Shown: positions 1 through 9,986, counted from the stretch's first letter. The stretch: 53,470 nucleotides of DNA from an uncultured Caulobacteraceae bacterium (GCA_964442095.1 CAYTWK010000001.1:1-53470); one strand, 5' to 3'. Notes: generated by a model from the sequence alone, not told the origin. Made by a program: numbers and translations.

Positions 1-346
1 ATCAAACACTAAAAAGGCTATGGTTCTAATTACTGACGGTGAAAATACACAGGCTAATGATTTCCCTGGATATTGGGGCTGCGCCGATACCGTCGCGCCT
101 GGTTGCACAGGTTCGCCTGATCAGGCCGCGCTTAATACGAAAATGCTTGATTGGTGCAATGAAATTCGCTCCAATAATATAGAGCTTTATACGGTTGCGG
201 TGAATGTTACTAATGCTGCCGCGGTTAATCTACTTGCGCAATGTTCAGGCGATACAGCAAACTCATTTAGTATTGACGCTGCTGATTTGCAGGCGACACT
301 GGCATCAATTTCGTCGCAGATTTTTGATATTTATCTGCGCGAATAG
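1..346 (+). CDS. C-terminal part of Tad minor-pilin-like (TadG/CpaL-like) vWA-domain protein; 5'-truncated by window edge
   Basis: Frame is open to the window start (SNTKKAMVLITDGEN...). It carries the vWA 'ITDG' MIDAS aspartate and is about 70% identical (hand alignment) to the C-terminus of 465..2495. Confidence 0.8.
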   Translation, partial: SNTKKAMVLITDGENTQANDFPGYWGCADTVAPGCTGSPDQAALNTKMLDWCNEIRSNNIELYTVAVNVTNAAAVNLLAQCSGDTANSFSIDAADLQATLASISSQIFDIYLRE

Positions 347-464
347 TGAAAATTATTAATAGATAAAATCCAATCAATCTATTTAATAATTATTTCGTCC
401 AAAGCCGATAAAATGCAATTAAAATTGCAATAAAGAGCTTTGTCTCTTTAATAGGGCGGTCGCT

Positions 465-2495
465 ATGGCGGTAGGAATTCAAAACCGAAAAACAATTTTG
501 CGCTCGAATACTGGCGCATCCGCAATGATATTCGCATTGGCAGCTGGAGCGCTTTTGATATTGGGTGCATCTGCTATTGAGCTTGGCCGCATAAGCGATT
601 CAAAATCGAAATTGAACTCTATTGTTGATGCTGCTGCGCTTGCTGGAAAAAAGGCCGAAAGCGGTGCTCTGAATTTAAGCCCTTCAGCTGCCCGCACCCT
701 AGCCGAACAAGTCGCACAACAAAGTTTTGATGGTAATAAACATCAGTTAAATGGCCTTGCAAGCAATGCGCTCGCGACAATAAGTTGGGATGCTGATAAT
801 TCGTTAAGAGTTGTTGGAACTGCAGATACTAATTTAATCTTTGGACAGATTTTTGGCCTTTCTGGTTCACCAATAAGTATTGTTCCAGTTAGAGCGGTTG
901 GCGTAGCCGCCGCTGGTAGTAATCAATATGTCGAAATCGCAATGGTGCTTGATAATACGGGTTCTATGTTTTCTAAAGATGGACGTCCAGAAACTAGGTT
1001 TACTTTATTGCGCGGCGCGGCGACAAGTTTTGTGAACACGGCCTTTGACAAAATGACGGTTCCAAATCGCCTAAGAATTTCGGTAATTCCATGGGCAACC
1101 AGCGTGAATATAAAAGGTGCAAATCCATTGGGTTGGGATAAAACTGCGGTCGCTGCGACCATTGTTCCGGACAAAGGAAGCCAAATTATGCCAAATGCGC
1201 CGATAAACCGCATGGGCGATATAAACCAAGATGCCGCTACTTTGGCTAATCAATTTGCCCCCGTGGGTTGGCGTGGTTGTATTTCTGGTAATGGCGAAAG
1301 CCAAATTGCCAATGATGCGCCAAAGCCTTCAATGAAATGGGATGCTTTGCAGGTTCCGCCAAATCAACACCGCGCAAATTGGAAACCGTCAAAGATAATT
1401 GCCGATACTTGCACAGTTTGCCCTCCGCCAACGCCAGGGCCACCACCGGGGCCTCCACCGCCACCTCCACCGCCCGGGCAATTGGACGGTAATTATATTG
1501 ATAGAACAAAAGCAAAAACTCGCTTTGCAAATAATGGTCAAAGTGCTGCTAGAGCTAGCTTTACCGTGCCAATGAATGCGGGTCTAAAAAATCCGATTAT
1601 TGGCCGCGACATACAAAATGTCCAAGCTGGATGCGTAACAAGTCCATGCATGAAAGAAGTTTGCGACAATGCCTATAGCTGGACAAGTCTAAATCGTTGT
1701 TGGCAAGATAGCGCTAAATATTATGGCCCAGACCCATATAAGCAAGGCCGAAGAAATTCGTTCATTGCCGCCGATACAAATTGTTTGAACACTTGGTCAT
1801 CGTGCACGGCCTCACCAATGCCAGAGGGTAGTCAAGCGGCATGTGCTGCAGATCCAAATGAAATCGCTTGGAATGCTGGTGGCGGTCAATGGTGCTCCTG
1901 GGTTGCCCCGACTGCATGGGATAAATTTGACCCCACTGTTGGCCCAAATATAAATTGCCCAATGCCAATGCTTGGATTATCAGGTTCGCGCAAACAAGTT
2001 CTTGATAGTATAAATTTAATGTCGCCAGTGGTTGGTGGAACTCATGCCGATATTGGATTGCGTTGGGGGCTTCGCTCTTTATCGCCGCGCAATGAATGGA
2101 CCAATTTTTTTGGCAATGCCGGTAAAGCGCCACAGGCATTTGGCGCCGCAAGCGGTAAAAAGGTGATGATTCTAATTACCGATGGCGAAAATACCCAAGC
2201 GACTGATTTCCCGGGCTATTGGGGCTGCGCCGATACTAATGCGCCGGGTTGCACGGGAACAGTGGATGCCGCCACGCTTAATACACGAATGCTTGATTGG
2301 TGCACTTCAATTCGCACAACCCATCGCGTCGAGCTTTATACGGTTGCAGTGAACGTAACAAACCCCGCTGCGGTTTCACTTTTGGCCCAATGCGCAGGCG
2401 ATCCAGCTAAAGCATTCGCAGTTGATGCAGCGGATTTGCAATCAACCCTTAGTAATGTAGCATCGCAAATCTTTTCGCTTCGGATTAAAGAATAA
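465..2495 (+). CDS. Tad minor-pilin-like (TadG/CpaL-like) vWA-domain adhesin with Pro/Cys-rich insertion
   Basis: Prepilin-like N-terminus (SNTG|ASAMIFAL + hydrophobic helix), Tad-domain motif 'LNSIVDAAALAG', and split MIDAS: VLDNTGSM ... GGTHADIG ... LITDGEN. Confidence 0.8.
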   Translation: MAVGIQNRKTILRSNTGASAMIFALAAGALLILGASAIELGRISDSKSKLNSIVDAAALAGKKAESGALNLSPSAARTLAEQVAQQSFDGNKHQLNGLASNALATISWDADNSLRVVGTADTNLIFGQIFGLSGSPISIVPVRAVGVAAAGSNQYVEIAMVLDNTGSMFSKDGRPETRFTLLRGAATSFVNTAFDKMTVPNRLRISVIPWATSVNIKGANPLGWDKTAVAATIVPDKGSQIMPNAPINRMGDINQDAATLANQFAPVGWRGCISGNGESQIANDAPKPSMKWDALQVPPNQHRANWKPSKIIADTCTVCPPPTPGPPPGPPPPPPPPGQLDGNYIDRTKAKTRFANNGQSAARASFTVPMNAGLKNPIIGRDIQNVQAGCVTSPCMKEVCDNAYSWTSLNRCWQDSAKYYGPDPYKQGRRNSFIAADTNCLNTWSSCTASPMPEGSQAACAADPNEIAWNAGGGQWCSWVAPTAWDKFDPTVGPNINCPMPMLGLSGSRKQVLDSINLMSPVVGGTHADIGLRWGLRSLSPRNEWTNFFGNAGKAPQAFGAASGKKVMILITDGENTQATDFPGYWGCADTNAPGCTGTVDAATLNTRMLDWCTSIRTTHRVELYTVAVNVTNPAAVSLLAQCAGDPAKAFAVDAADLQSTLSNVASQIFSLRIKE

Positions 2496-2497
2496 TT

Positions 2498-3271
2498 CTA
2501 AGAAACTTCTGAATAAATTTGCTCGAGCAGGGCCTCGAGTATCAAAAGCTCATTTGGCTCGGATAATCGGTGCCCGCCATTTTTAACCAAAGTCAATTGG
2601 ACGTCTTGGCTTTTGATTTTGTCAGCTAAATCTATAGAGCGCTTATAGGGAACATCCTTGTCTTTCATTCCATGAATTATTCGAACTGGAATATCCAAAT
2701 TGATTTGACCACCCAATAAAAGGTGATTTCTGCCATCCATCAAAAGCTCTTTGGTTACTTTATATGGTGCGTCATAATCATTTGGACGCAGCCAATAGCC
2801 AGTTTCCATAATTTCTTGCTTTTGGCGCTCGCTAAAGCTCGCCCACATTAAATCCTCTGTAAAATCTGGCGCTGGCGCACTTAATACTATGCCGTGCACC
2901 CTTTTTGGATTGTTCAAAGCCAATAATAAAGACAACCAGCCGCCCATAGATGAGCCGACCAAAATAATTTTATCACCAGCGAGCCTATCAATAATAAATT
3001 GCGCCTCCTTTAGCCATTTTCCAATCGTGCCATTTTCAAACTTTCCGCCCGATTGTCCGTGGCCTGAATAATCAAACCGCAAAGAGCCAAGTCCATTTTT
3101 TATTGCAAAATCATGCATAGTTTGGGCTTTGCTGCCCGACATATCCGAATGATAGCCACAGAGCCAAACAAAAGTGGTGCAATTCGCCCCCGCCCCGCTG
3201 TGCATATAGGCAAGGCTTTCATTAAATGGGCCAATAATTGTTTTAATCTCGGGCATAATGTTCGGTTTCAT
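2498..3271 (-). CDS. alpha/beta hydrolase (ABHD10-like)
   Basis: Nucleophile elbow GSSMGG, RFDYSGHG, HGMKDKDVP and GGHRLS motifs. Confidence 0.85.
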   Translation of the reverse strand: MKPNIMPEIKTIIGPFNESLAYMHSGAGANCTTFVWLCGYHSDMSGSKAQTMHDFAIKNGLGSLRFDYSGHGQSGGKFENGTIGKWLKEAQFIIDRLAGDKIILVGSSMGGWLSLLLALNNPKRVHGIVLSAPAPDFTEDLMWASFSERQKQEIMETGYWLRPNDYDAPYKVTKELLMDGRNHLLLGGQINLDIPVRIIHGMKDKDVPYKRSIDLADKIKSQDVQLTLVKNGGHRLSEPNELLILEALLEQIYSEVS

Positions 3272-3349
3272 TAATTTGGTGTGTTAATTTTGGCTAAAGA
3301 AATATACTTTAAGCTTGGGGCATTCAAGACATTAGAGGTATTTTTTAAA

Positions 3350-3925
3350 GTGCGAGTGCAAGCCAATAAAATCTATAATTTGATTGCGAAAGGATTATTA
3401 TTGGCGATTGTCTTTAGCCTATATCAACATGCGTCGGCCATTGCCCAGACAAATTCCACCAATAATTCGACAAATCAAAGGGTTTACAACCGCGAGGCAG
3501 GCGAAACTCCTTCAAAACTTCCTGTGCCGCGCTTTGTTTCGCTTCGCTTTAGTGTAGTTAATGGGCGCGCCGGACCAAATGGAGACTATCCGATTAGGTG
3601 GGTTTATCGCCAAAAGGGTCTGCCGGTTCGGGTAATTGCCGAGACCGAAGAATGGCGCCGTATTGAAGATCCAGACGGCGCAAAAGTTTGGGTTCATAAA
3701 CGAATGCTCGATTCCAAACGCACAATTATAACCCGACCTATAAATATTGGCGGTCGCCAAAGAATTGTGACCTTATACCGTAATGCAGACGACACCTCGA
3801 GAATTGTCGCAACAATGAATCAAGGTGTTATAGCCGAAATCATTGCGGTATCGCCTGGTTGGCGCCGCATTAAAGCTGGCCGCTATATCGGTTGGGCGCG
3901 CGCCAACGAGCTTTGGGGTGCTTAA
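3350..3925 (+). CDS. Secreted bacterial SH3-domain protein (two SH3_4-like repeats)
   Basis: SKLPVPRFVSL...NGRAGP...YPIRWVY...WRRIEDPDG; signal peptide; typical neighbour of fabA. GTG start at 3350 chosen from an upstream GAGGT; the track ORF begins at 3281. Confidence 0.8.
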   Translation: MRVQANKIYNLIAKGLLLAIVFSLYQHASAIAQTNSTNNSTNQRVYNREAGETPSKLPVPRFVSLRFSVVNGRAGPNGDYPIRWVYRQKGLPVRVIAETEEWRRIEDPDGAKVWVHKRMLDSKRTIITRPINIGGRQRIVTLYRNADDTSRIVATMNQGVIAEIIAVSPGWRRIKAGRYIGWARANELWGA

Positions 3926-4048
3926 ATTTTGCCGCCAAAGCCATAATTCAAATCAAAAGCCCTGAACCTAAAGCTTGGCATTTGTCGCGGATAAATGCTA
4001 ATAGCCTCAATTATTGATAAAATTCCTATACCAGCGAAAAGGATAAAA

Positions 4049-4552
4049 ATGGAACGGGCTTCTTCTTATAATTATGACGAATTAATTTCGTGTGGCGAAG
4101 GAAAATTATTCGGCAAAGGTAATGCACAATTGCCACTTCCCAATATGCTAATGATGGACAGAATCACCCATATTAGCGATGAAGGCGGCGCTTACGGCAA
4201 AGGTCAAATTGTTGCTGAGCTAGATATAAAGCCCGATTTATGGTTCTTTGATTGCCATTTTAAAGGCGATCCAGTTATGCCAGGCTGTCTTGGCCTTGAC
4301 GCAATGTGGCAAATCGTCGGCTTTTTCCTCGGCTGGTCAGGTAGCCCCGGCAAAGGGCGCGCTTTGGGTTGCGGCGAAGTAAAATTTACTGGACAAGTTA
4401 TGCCAAATGTTAAATTGGTTCGCTATGAAGTTGACATTAAACGTGTGTTTCGCTCAAAATTAGTTTTGGGAATAGCGGATGCAACTCTCTATGCGGATAA
4501 TGAAGCCATTTATAGCGCGAAAGACTTGCGCGTCGGGTTGTTTGAGGCATAA
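4049..4552 (+). CDS. fabA: 3-hydroxyacyl-ACP dehydratase/isomerase FabA
   Basis: [12 protein letters not shown] and [24 protein letters not shown]; ATG at 4049 after AAGGA. Confidence 0.97.
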   Translation: MERASSYNYDELISCGEGKLFGKGNAQLPLPNMLMMDRITHISDEGGAYGKGQIVAELDIKPDLWFFDCHFKGDPVMPGCLGLDAMWQIVGFFLGWSGSPGKGRALGCGEVKFTGQVMPNVKLVRYEVDIKRVFRSKLVLGIADATLYADNEAIYSAKDLRVGLFEA

Positions 4553-4577
4553 TTTAAACTAGGACAAGGGAAACAAA

Positions 4578-5792
4578 ATGCGGCGTGTAGTGGTAACTGG
4601 TATTGGGATTATATCGTCAATTGGTAACAATAAAGATGAAGTTACAAAAAGCCTTTATGAAGCCAAATCAGGAATTATTGCCGCGCCCGAATACCAAGAA
4701 TTGGGCTTTAAATGCCAAGTTCACGCCAAACCACAATTAAACTGGCTGGAGTTGGTTGACCGCCGCGCTGCACGCTTTCTCTCTGAGGGTATGGGTTGGG
4801 GCCATATTGCTATGGAACAGGCAATTGCTGATAGCGGCCTAGAGGAGCATGATATTTCCAATGAGCGCACGGGCATTATCGCTGGAACTGGCGGCCCATC
4901 TACGCGCAATATTGTTGATGCTGCAAACCTTACTAAGGCCAATTTATCGCCAAAGAGAATTGGGCCATTTGCGGTGCCAAAGGCGATGTGTTCTGGATTG
5001 TCTGCAGTTTTGGCGACATGGTTCAAGATTAAGGGCGTGAATTATTCAATTTCCTCGGCCTGCGCAACTTCGGCGCATTGTATTGGCAATGCTTTTGAGA
5101 GCATTAAATGGGGCAAACAAGATGTTATGTTTGCTGGCGGCTCCGAAGAATTGGATTGGTCCTTGTCCAATCTTTTTGATGCGATGGGGGCTATGTCGTC
5201 TAATTTTAATGAAACTCCTGCGGTTGCTTCTCGTGCTTATGATGCTAATCGTGATGGCTTTGTTATTGCCGGCGGCGCAGGAATGTTGGTGCTTGAAGAA
5301 TATGAAAGAGCAAAGGCAAGGGGCGCGAAAATCTATGCCGAATTGGTTGGCTATGGCGCGACATCTGATGGATATGACATGGTTGCCCCATCGGGCGAAG
5401 GCGCCGTGCGCTGCATGAAACAAGCAATGGAAATGGCCGGCAATCGTATAATTGATTATTTAAACCCACATGGCACATCTACGCCGGTGGGCGATGAAAA
5501 AGAAACTGGCGCATTGCGCGATACATTTGGCGCTAAAATCCCGTTTTTCTCATCGACAAAATCACTTACCGGACATTCTTTGGGTGCGGCGGGCGTGCAG
5601 GAGGCGATTTATTGTCTGCTTATGATGGCCAATAATTTTATGGCTGAAAGCGCGCATATTCAAAATCTTGATGAAAAATTCAAAGATTTGCCAATTCTTT
5701 TGCAAAGAAAAGTTGGCGAATTTTCAACGGCGCTATCCAATTCGTTCGGCTTCGGCGGCACAAACGCCAGTCTGATATTCGCGAAAGTTTAG
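4578..5792 (+). CDS. fabB: beta-ketoacyl-ACP synthase I FabB
   Basis: [30 protein letters not shown] and [10 protein letters not shown]; follows fabA. Confidence 0.97.
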   Translation: MRRVVVTGIGIISSIGNNKDEVTKSLYEAKSGIIAAPEYQELGFKCQVHAKPQLNWLELVDRRAARFLSEGMGWGHIAMEQAIADSGLEEHDISNERTGIIAGTGGPSTRNIVDAANLTKANLSPKRIGPFAVPKAMCSGLSAVLATWFKIKGVNYSISSACATSAHCIGNAFESIKWGKQDVMFAGGSEELDWSLSNLFDAMGAMSSNFNETPAVASRAYDANRDGFVIAGGAGMLVLEEYERAKARGAKIYAELVGYGATSDGYDMVAPSGEGAVRCMKQAMEMAGNRIIDYLNPHGTSTPVGDEKETGALRDTFGAKIPFFSSTKSLTGHSLGAAGVQEAIYCLLMMANNFMAESAHIQNLDEKFKDLPILLQRKVGEFSTALSNSFGFGGTNASLIFAKV

Positions 5793-5798
5793 CCAAAC

Positions 5799-5826
5799 TA
5801 TCCTCCTCCGTATACGAAGGAGGATA
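5799..5826 (+). terminator. GC-rich hairpin after fabB (terminator or REP-like palindrome)
   Basis: TATCCTCCT-C-CGTATACG-A-AGGAGGATA: 9-bp perfect stem with a palindromic interior and no U-tract. Confidence 0.5.
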
Positions 5827-6146
5827 AATCGCAACTCTATCCAACAAATTCAGCATTCAACTATAATCTCAGCATTTATTTGTCCGGCGTGTATGTTCGC
5901 GTGAAAATGTCAACATTTCACAACAATTCGCCGCATAGATAGTTGCTTGTCATTGTTTTAATTGAATTTTGGGCTAGTTTTTTGGCGCTAAATATCAATA
6001 TTTGTTGATATTGAGACAACTTAGTCTCAACCAGAAGTCAACAGAAGGTCAACATAGGCGACAAAAAGCCAATTTTGATTGACCTTTGCGTAAATAACCA
6101 CTAAAGGCGCGGGATTACAGATATCTCCCCTTAAGGACTTTTTACT

Positions 6147-7982
6147 TTGACAAACGAAAATGCGCTTCAAATGCGCAATGTAGCGATTATTGCCCACGTT
6201 GACCACGGCAAGACCACATTAATGGACGGCATGCTTGCTCAAGGCGGCGCTTATCGCGAAAACGAGGCACGCGGCGAACGCGCTATGGATAGTAATCCGC
6301 AAGAAAAAGAGCGCGGCATTACAATTTTGGCTAAATGCACCTCTATTGAATATGGCGAAACCCGTATCAATGTTGTTGATACTCCGGGCCACGCTGATTT
6401 CGGCGGCGAGGTTGAGCGCGTCCTTTCTATGGTTGATGGTTGCTTGCTTTTGGTCGATTCGATGGAAGGCGCTATGCCGCAAACCAAATTCGTTTTGACC
6501 AAAGCATTGGCACAAGGCCTACGCCCGATTGTGGTTATCAATAAGATTGATCGCCCAAATGCGCGCCCAGCAGAGGTTTTGGACGAAGTCTATGAATTGT
6601 TTATGGCTTTGGGCGCCACCGAAGAGCAGTTTGATTTTCCAGTTGTTTACGCCTCTGGCCGCGATGGTTGGGCATCCTTAACTACTGATGGCCCAACTGA
6701 AAATCTTGATGCATTGTTTGAAACCATTATCAAACACGTGCCGCCTCCTGCGGCGGCCGCCAAAGCAGCCGAGCCGTTTTCAATGCTGGTCACTATGATT
6801 GATGCGGATCCGTTCTTGGGCCGCATTTTAACAGGCCGCGTCGAAAGCGGTAGTGCGAAAGCCGGCACTAGCATAAAGGCGCTTGCGCTTGATGGATCAT
6901 TGGTTGAACGTGGAAGAGTTTCAAAAATTCTCGCTTTCCGCGGCCTAAAACGCCAGCCAATTGAGGAAGCTGTGGCAGGTGATATTGTGTCAATCGCGGG
7001 CCTTACCGAAGCCACGGTTGCCCATACAATTTGCGACCCAGAGATTAATGATGCAATCCCTGCAACACCGATTGATCCGCCAACTTTGTCGGTAACAGTG
7101 ATGGTTAATTCATCGCCACTTGCGGGCCGCGAAGGCTCTAAAGTTCAAAGCCGCGTTATTCGCGATAGATTGTGGAAGCAGGCTGAAAGCGATGTGGCTA
7201 TTAAGGTTGCCGAAACCGCAGATAAAGATGCCTATGAGCTTCAGGGGCGCGGCGAATTGCAAATTGGCGTTTTAATTGAAAACATGCGCCGCGAAGGGTT
7301 CGAGCTTACGATTTCGCGGCCACGGGTTGTTTTAAAGACTGATGAAAATGGCAATAAATTAGAGCCAATCGAAGAAGTCATTATTGACGTTGACGAAGAA
7401 TACACTGGCCCTGTGGTTGAAAAAATGGCAATCCGAAAGGCCGAGCTTCAGGATATGCGTCCATCTGGCGGTGGAAAGACGCGGCTTGTATTTTATGCGC
7501 CATCACGCGGATTGATTGGTTATCATTCTGAATTTCTTACCGATACGCGCGGAACAGGCGTTATGAACCGCATTTATCATGGCTATGAAGAATGGAAGGG
7601 CGCAATCCCTGGCCGCAGAAATGGCGCAATGATTTCAACCGATAGCGGTAAGTCTGTGGTCTATGCTTTATGGTATCTTGAACCGCGCGGCACTCTAATG
7701 ATTGGCGGCGGCGAAGAAGTATATGAAGGTATGGTAATTGGTGAAAATGCCAAGCCAGAAGATATGGACGTTAATCCGCTTAAAGAGAAGAAACTATCAA
7801 ATGTTCGCTCTAGTGGTAAAGACGAGGCAATGCGCCTTACGCCGCCAAAGCGCCTAACTCTAGAGGCTGCAATTTCGTGGATTGATGATGATGAATTGGT
7901 CGAGGTGACGCCAAAATCAATTAGGATTCGCAAAACCGAATTAAACGCAAGCTTTAGAAAACGTCGCCCAGGGCAAAGCTAG
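6147..7982 (+). CDS. typA: Translational GTPase TypA/BipA
   Basis: AHVDHGKTT, ERGITILAK, DTPGHADFGGEVER, NKID and the C-terminal DDELVEVTPKSIRIRK. Start is TTG 6147 or ATG 6171. Confidence 0.97.
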   Translation: MTNENALQMRNVAIIAHVDHGKTTLMDGMLAQGGAYRENEARGERAMDSNPQEKERGITILAKCTSIEYGETRINVVDTPGHADFGGEVERVLSMVDGCLLLVDSMEGAMPQTKFVLTKALAQGLRPIVVINKIDRPNARPAEVLDEVYELFMALGATEEQFDFPVVYASGRDGWASLTTDGPTENLDALFETIIKHVPPPAAAAKAAEPFSMLVTMIDADPFLGRILTGRVESGSAKAGTSIKALALDGSLVERGRVSKILAFRGLKRQPIEEAVAGDIVSIAGLTEATVAHTICDPEINDAIPATPIDPPTLSVTVMVNSSPLAGREGSKVQSRVIRDRLWKQAESDVAIKVAETADKDAYELQGRGELQIGVLIENMRREGFELTISRPRVVLKTDENGNKLEPIEEVIIDVDEEYTGPVVEKMAIRKAELQDMRPSGGGKTRLVFYAPSRGLIGYHSEFLTDTRGTGVMNRIYHGYEEWKGAIPGRRNGAMISTDSGKSVVYALWYLEPRGTLMIGGGEEVYEGMVIGENAKPEDMDVNPLKEKKLSNVRSSGKDEAMRLTPPKRLTLEAAISWIDDDELVEVTPKSIRIRKTELNASFRKRRPGQS

Positions 7983-7983
7983 A

Positions 7984-8385
7984 TTAAATCTGGCTTTTAA
8001 TAGTTTCGATAAGGGCTTGTGCCGCCTCTATTTGGTATGGTATGGCCGCGCCTTTTCCCCAAACTGGTGCGGGCCATGCAAAGTCGGCTTGGTTGCGGCC
8101 AATTACGTGAATGTGTAATTGACTTACGACATTGCCTAATGCGCCAATATTGATTTTTTCTACTCCATCAAAGTCGCCAATAATTTTGGCAATTTGCATG
8201 GCCTCATTAAAGATTTGGTTTTGGGAATTTGTGTCTAATAAATGGAGTTCTACAGCGCCTTTGATTTTCGGCACTAATATAGTCCATAAATAGCGGCTAT
8301 CATTCATCAAGAGCAATTTGCAAACTCCAAACTCGCAAATTGGAATCGTATCTTTTTCTAATTGCGGGTGAAGCGAGAAAGCCAA
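7984..8385 (-). CDS. HIT-family hydrolase
   Basis: FSLHPQLEKDT, KINIGALGNVVSQLHIHVIGR and AWPAPVWG. Confidence 0.9.
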   Translation of the reverse strand: MAFSLHPQLEKDTIPICEFGVCKLLLMNDSRYLWTILVPKIKGAVELHLLDTNSQNQIFNEAMQIAKIIGDFDGVEKINIGALGNVVSQLHIHVIGRNQADFAWPAPVWGKGAAIPYQIEAAQALIETIKSQI

Positions 8386-8976
8386 TTATGCAATCTCGCA
8401 AGCTTCATTAAACGAAAGCCTTGGTAAGCGTGGGTGAATTTTCTCGCCAGAGCGATTACCAAGATTGATAAGGAAATTTGATTTCCAACCATTTTGCGCA
8501 AAAAACTCTTTATCCACACCCGCATTATCAAAGCCCGCCATTGGCCCACACTCAAGGCCAAGCGCGCGCGCCGCAATTATCATGTAGGCTGCGCCCAAAG
8601 TAGCATTCATATGGCCTGCGGCTTGTCCTTGATCTGGACTTTGCGCGAACCATTCGCGCGCCTCTGGTGCATGGGGGAATAATTGGGGAACCTTGTCATA
8701 GAATTTTGGGTCAAATGCGGCAATTATTGTAATGGGCGCTTTCATAGATTTATCGACATTGCCAGGTGCCAAATATGGCCTTAAGCGCTCTTTGGCGCTT
8801 TGTGATTTAACAAAATAAAATCTAGCGGGGTTACAATTTGCCGCAGTGGGCCCCATCTTTGCTATATCGTATAATTGATTCAATACAGCATCTTCAATAG
8901 TGTTGGGTAAAAAGTCATTTATTGTTCGCGCCTCAAGGAATAGTTGATTTAGAGCATCTTGCGAAAGTGAGTTCAT
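8386..8976 (-). CDS. rutE: Nitroreductase family, RutE-like malonic semialdehyde reductase
   Basis: LNQLFLEART, MGPTAANCNPARF, ARALGLECGPMAGFD and HPRLPRLSF. Start probably MNSLSQ (8976); the track starts at 8991. Confidence 0.85.
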   Translation of the reverse strand: MNSLSQDALNQLFLEARTINDFLPNTIEDAVLNQLYDIAKMGPTAANCNPARFYFVKSQSAKERLRPYLAPGNVDKSMKAPITIIAAFDPKFYDKVPQLFPHAPEAREWFAQSPDQGQAAGHMNATLGAAYMIIAARALGLECGPMAGFDNAGVDKEFFAQNGWKSNFLINLGNRSGEKIHPRLPRLSFNEACEIA

Positions 8977-9103
8977 TACATTAGCCTTCATTATTGCTAT
9001 AGAAATTTTGTTTATTCATTAAGCATAAACAATAATGAAATCAATTGTAACTTGTTCGATAAAGCGATAAGTCAAAATAAAAGAATTCAAAATAGAGATT
9101 AGT

Positions 9104-9979
9104 ATGCATAAAAAAATTAGAAAAGCCGTATTACCTGTCGCAGGTTTTGGAACTAGGGTTTTGCCGGCCACAAAAAGCTTGCCTAAAGAAATGCTTCCGG
9201 TTTTTGATCGCCCCGCAGTTCATTGGGTTGTCGAAGAGGCAATTGAAGCGGGAATAGAGCATTTTGTTTTCATTACGGGGCGCAATAAAACCTCGATTTC
9301 TGATTATTTCGATAGGGCGTTTGAACTCGAAGATACCTTAGCAAAGGCAGGAAAAACCAAGCAATTAGAAATGCTACAAAACATGCTGCCGGTGGCCGGT
9401 TCCAAATCTTTTGTTCGCCAGCAATCACCTTTGGGTTTGGGCCATGCGGTCTGGTGCGCGCGCGAAATCATTGGCGATGAACCGTTTGCAGTTCTGCTTC
9501 CTGATGTTTTGATACAGGCGGAAAAATCATGTCTGCATCAAATGGTTGATGCCTATAATCAAGTTGGCGGCAATATTATTGCGGTTGACCGAGTGCCAAT
9601 GGATCAAGTTTCATCTTATGGCGTAATTGCACACGGCGAATGTAATGGAAATATTCTACCAATTACAAATATGATTGAAAAGCCAAAACGCGAAGCTGCG
9701 CCGAGTAATCTAAAAATTACGGGCCGCTATATTTTGCAGCCTGAAATATTTAAAATTCTTGAAACGCAAGAGCGCGGCGCAGGCGGTGAAATTCAATTAA
9801 CTGATGCCATGCATACTTTGCGCGAAACCCAACCGTTTTTTGGTCTCGAATTTGAAGGCAGGGATTTTGATTGTGGCTCACGCGAAGGTTATACAGAGGC
9901 ATTCCTAGCCTATGCTCTAAAAGACGAGGAATTGGGTGAAAGCATTCGCAAAATTGCGCAAGAGCTTATTCAAAGCTAA
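9104..9979 (+). CDS. galU: UTP--glucose-1-phosphate uridylyltransferase
   Basis: KAVLPVAGFGTRVLPATKSLPKEML, RQQSPLGLGHAV and GEIQLTDA. Confidence 0.96.
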   Translation: MHKKIRKAVLPVAGFGTRVLPATKSLPKEMLPVFDRPAVHWVVEEAIEAGIEHFVFITGRNKTSISDYFDRAFELEDTLAKAGKTKQLEMLQNMLPVAGSKSFVRQQSPLGLGHAVWCAREIIGDEPFAVLLPDVLIQAEKSCLHQMVDAYNQVGGNIIAVDRVPMDQVSSYGVIAHGECNGNILPITNMIEKPKREAAPSNLKITGRYILQPEIFKILETQERGAGGEIQLTDAMHTLRETQPFFGLEFEGRDFDCGSREGYTEAFLAYALKDEELGESIRKIAQELIQS

Positions 9980-9986
9980 ATATTAA

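Noticed and set aside
20-2495. Repeated segments 20-346 and ~2165-2495 as a diversity-generating retroelement TR/VR pair
   Set aside because: Differences involve all four bases, many at silent positions, rather than adenine only. Both copies are coding, and no reverse transcriptase is in the window. These are ordinary paralogs.
5880-6060. Short repeats as a CRISPR array or plasmid iterons
   Set aside because: The repeats are only 4-6 bp with no unique spacers, and there is no cas or rep gene.
8386-8976. Pyrimidine-utilisation (rut) operon
   Set aside because: Only a RutE-like gene is present, and stand-alone copies are common in alphaproteobacteria.
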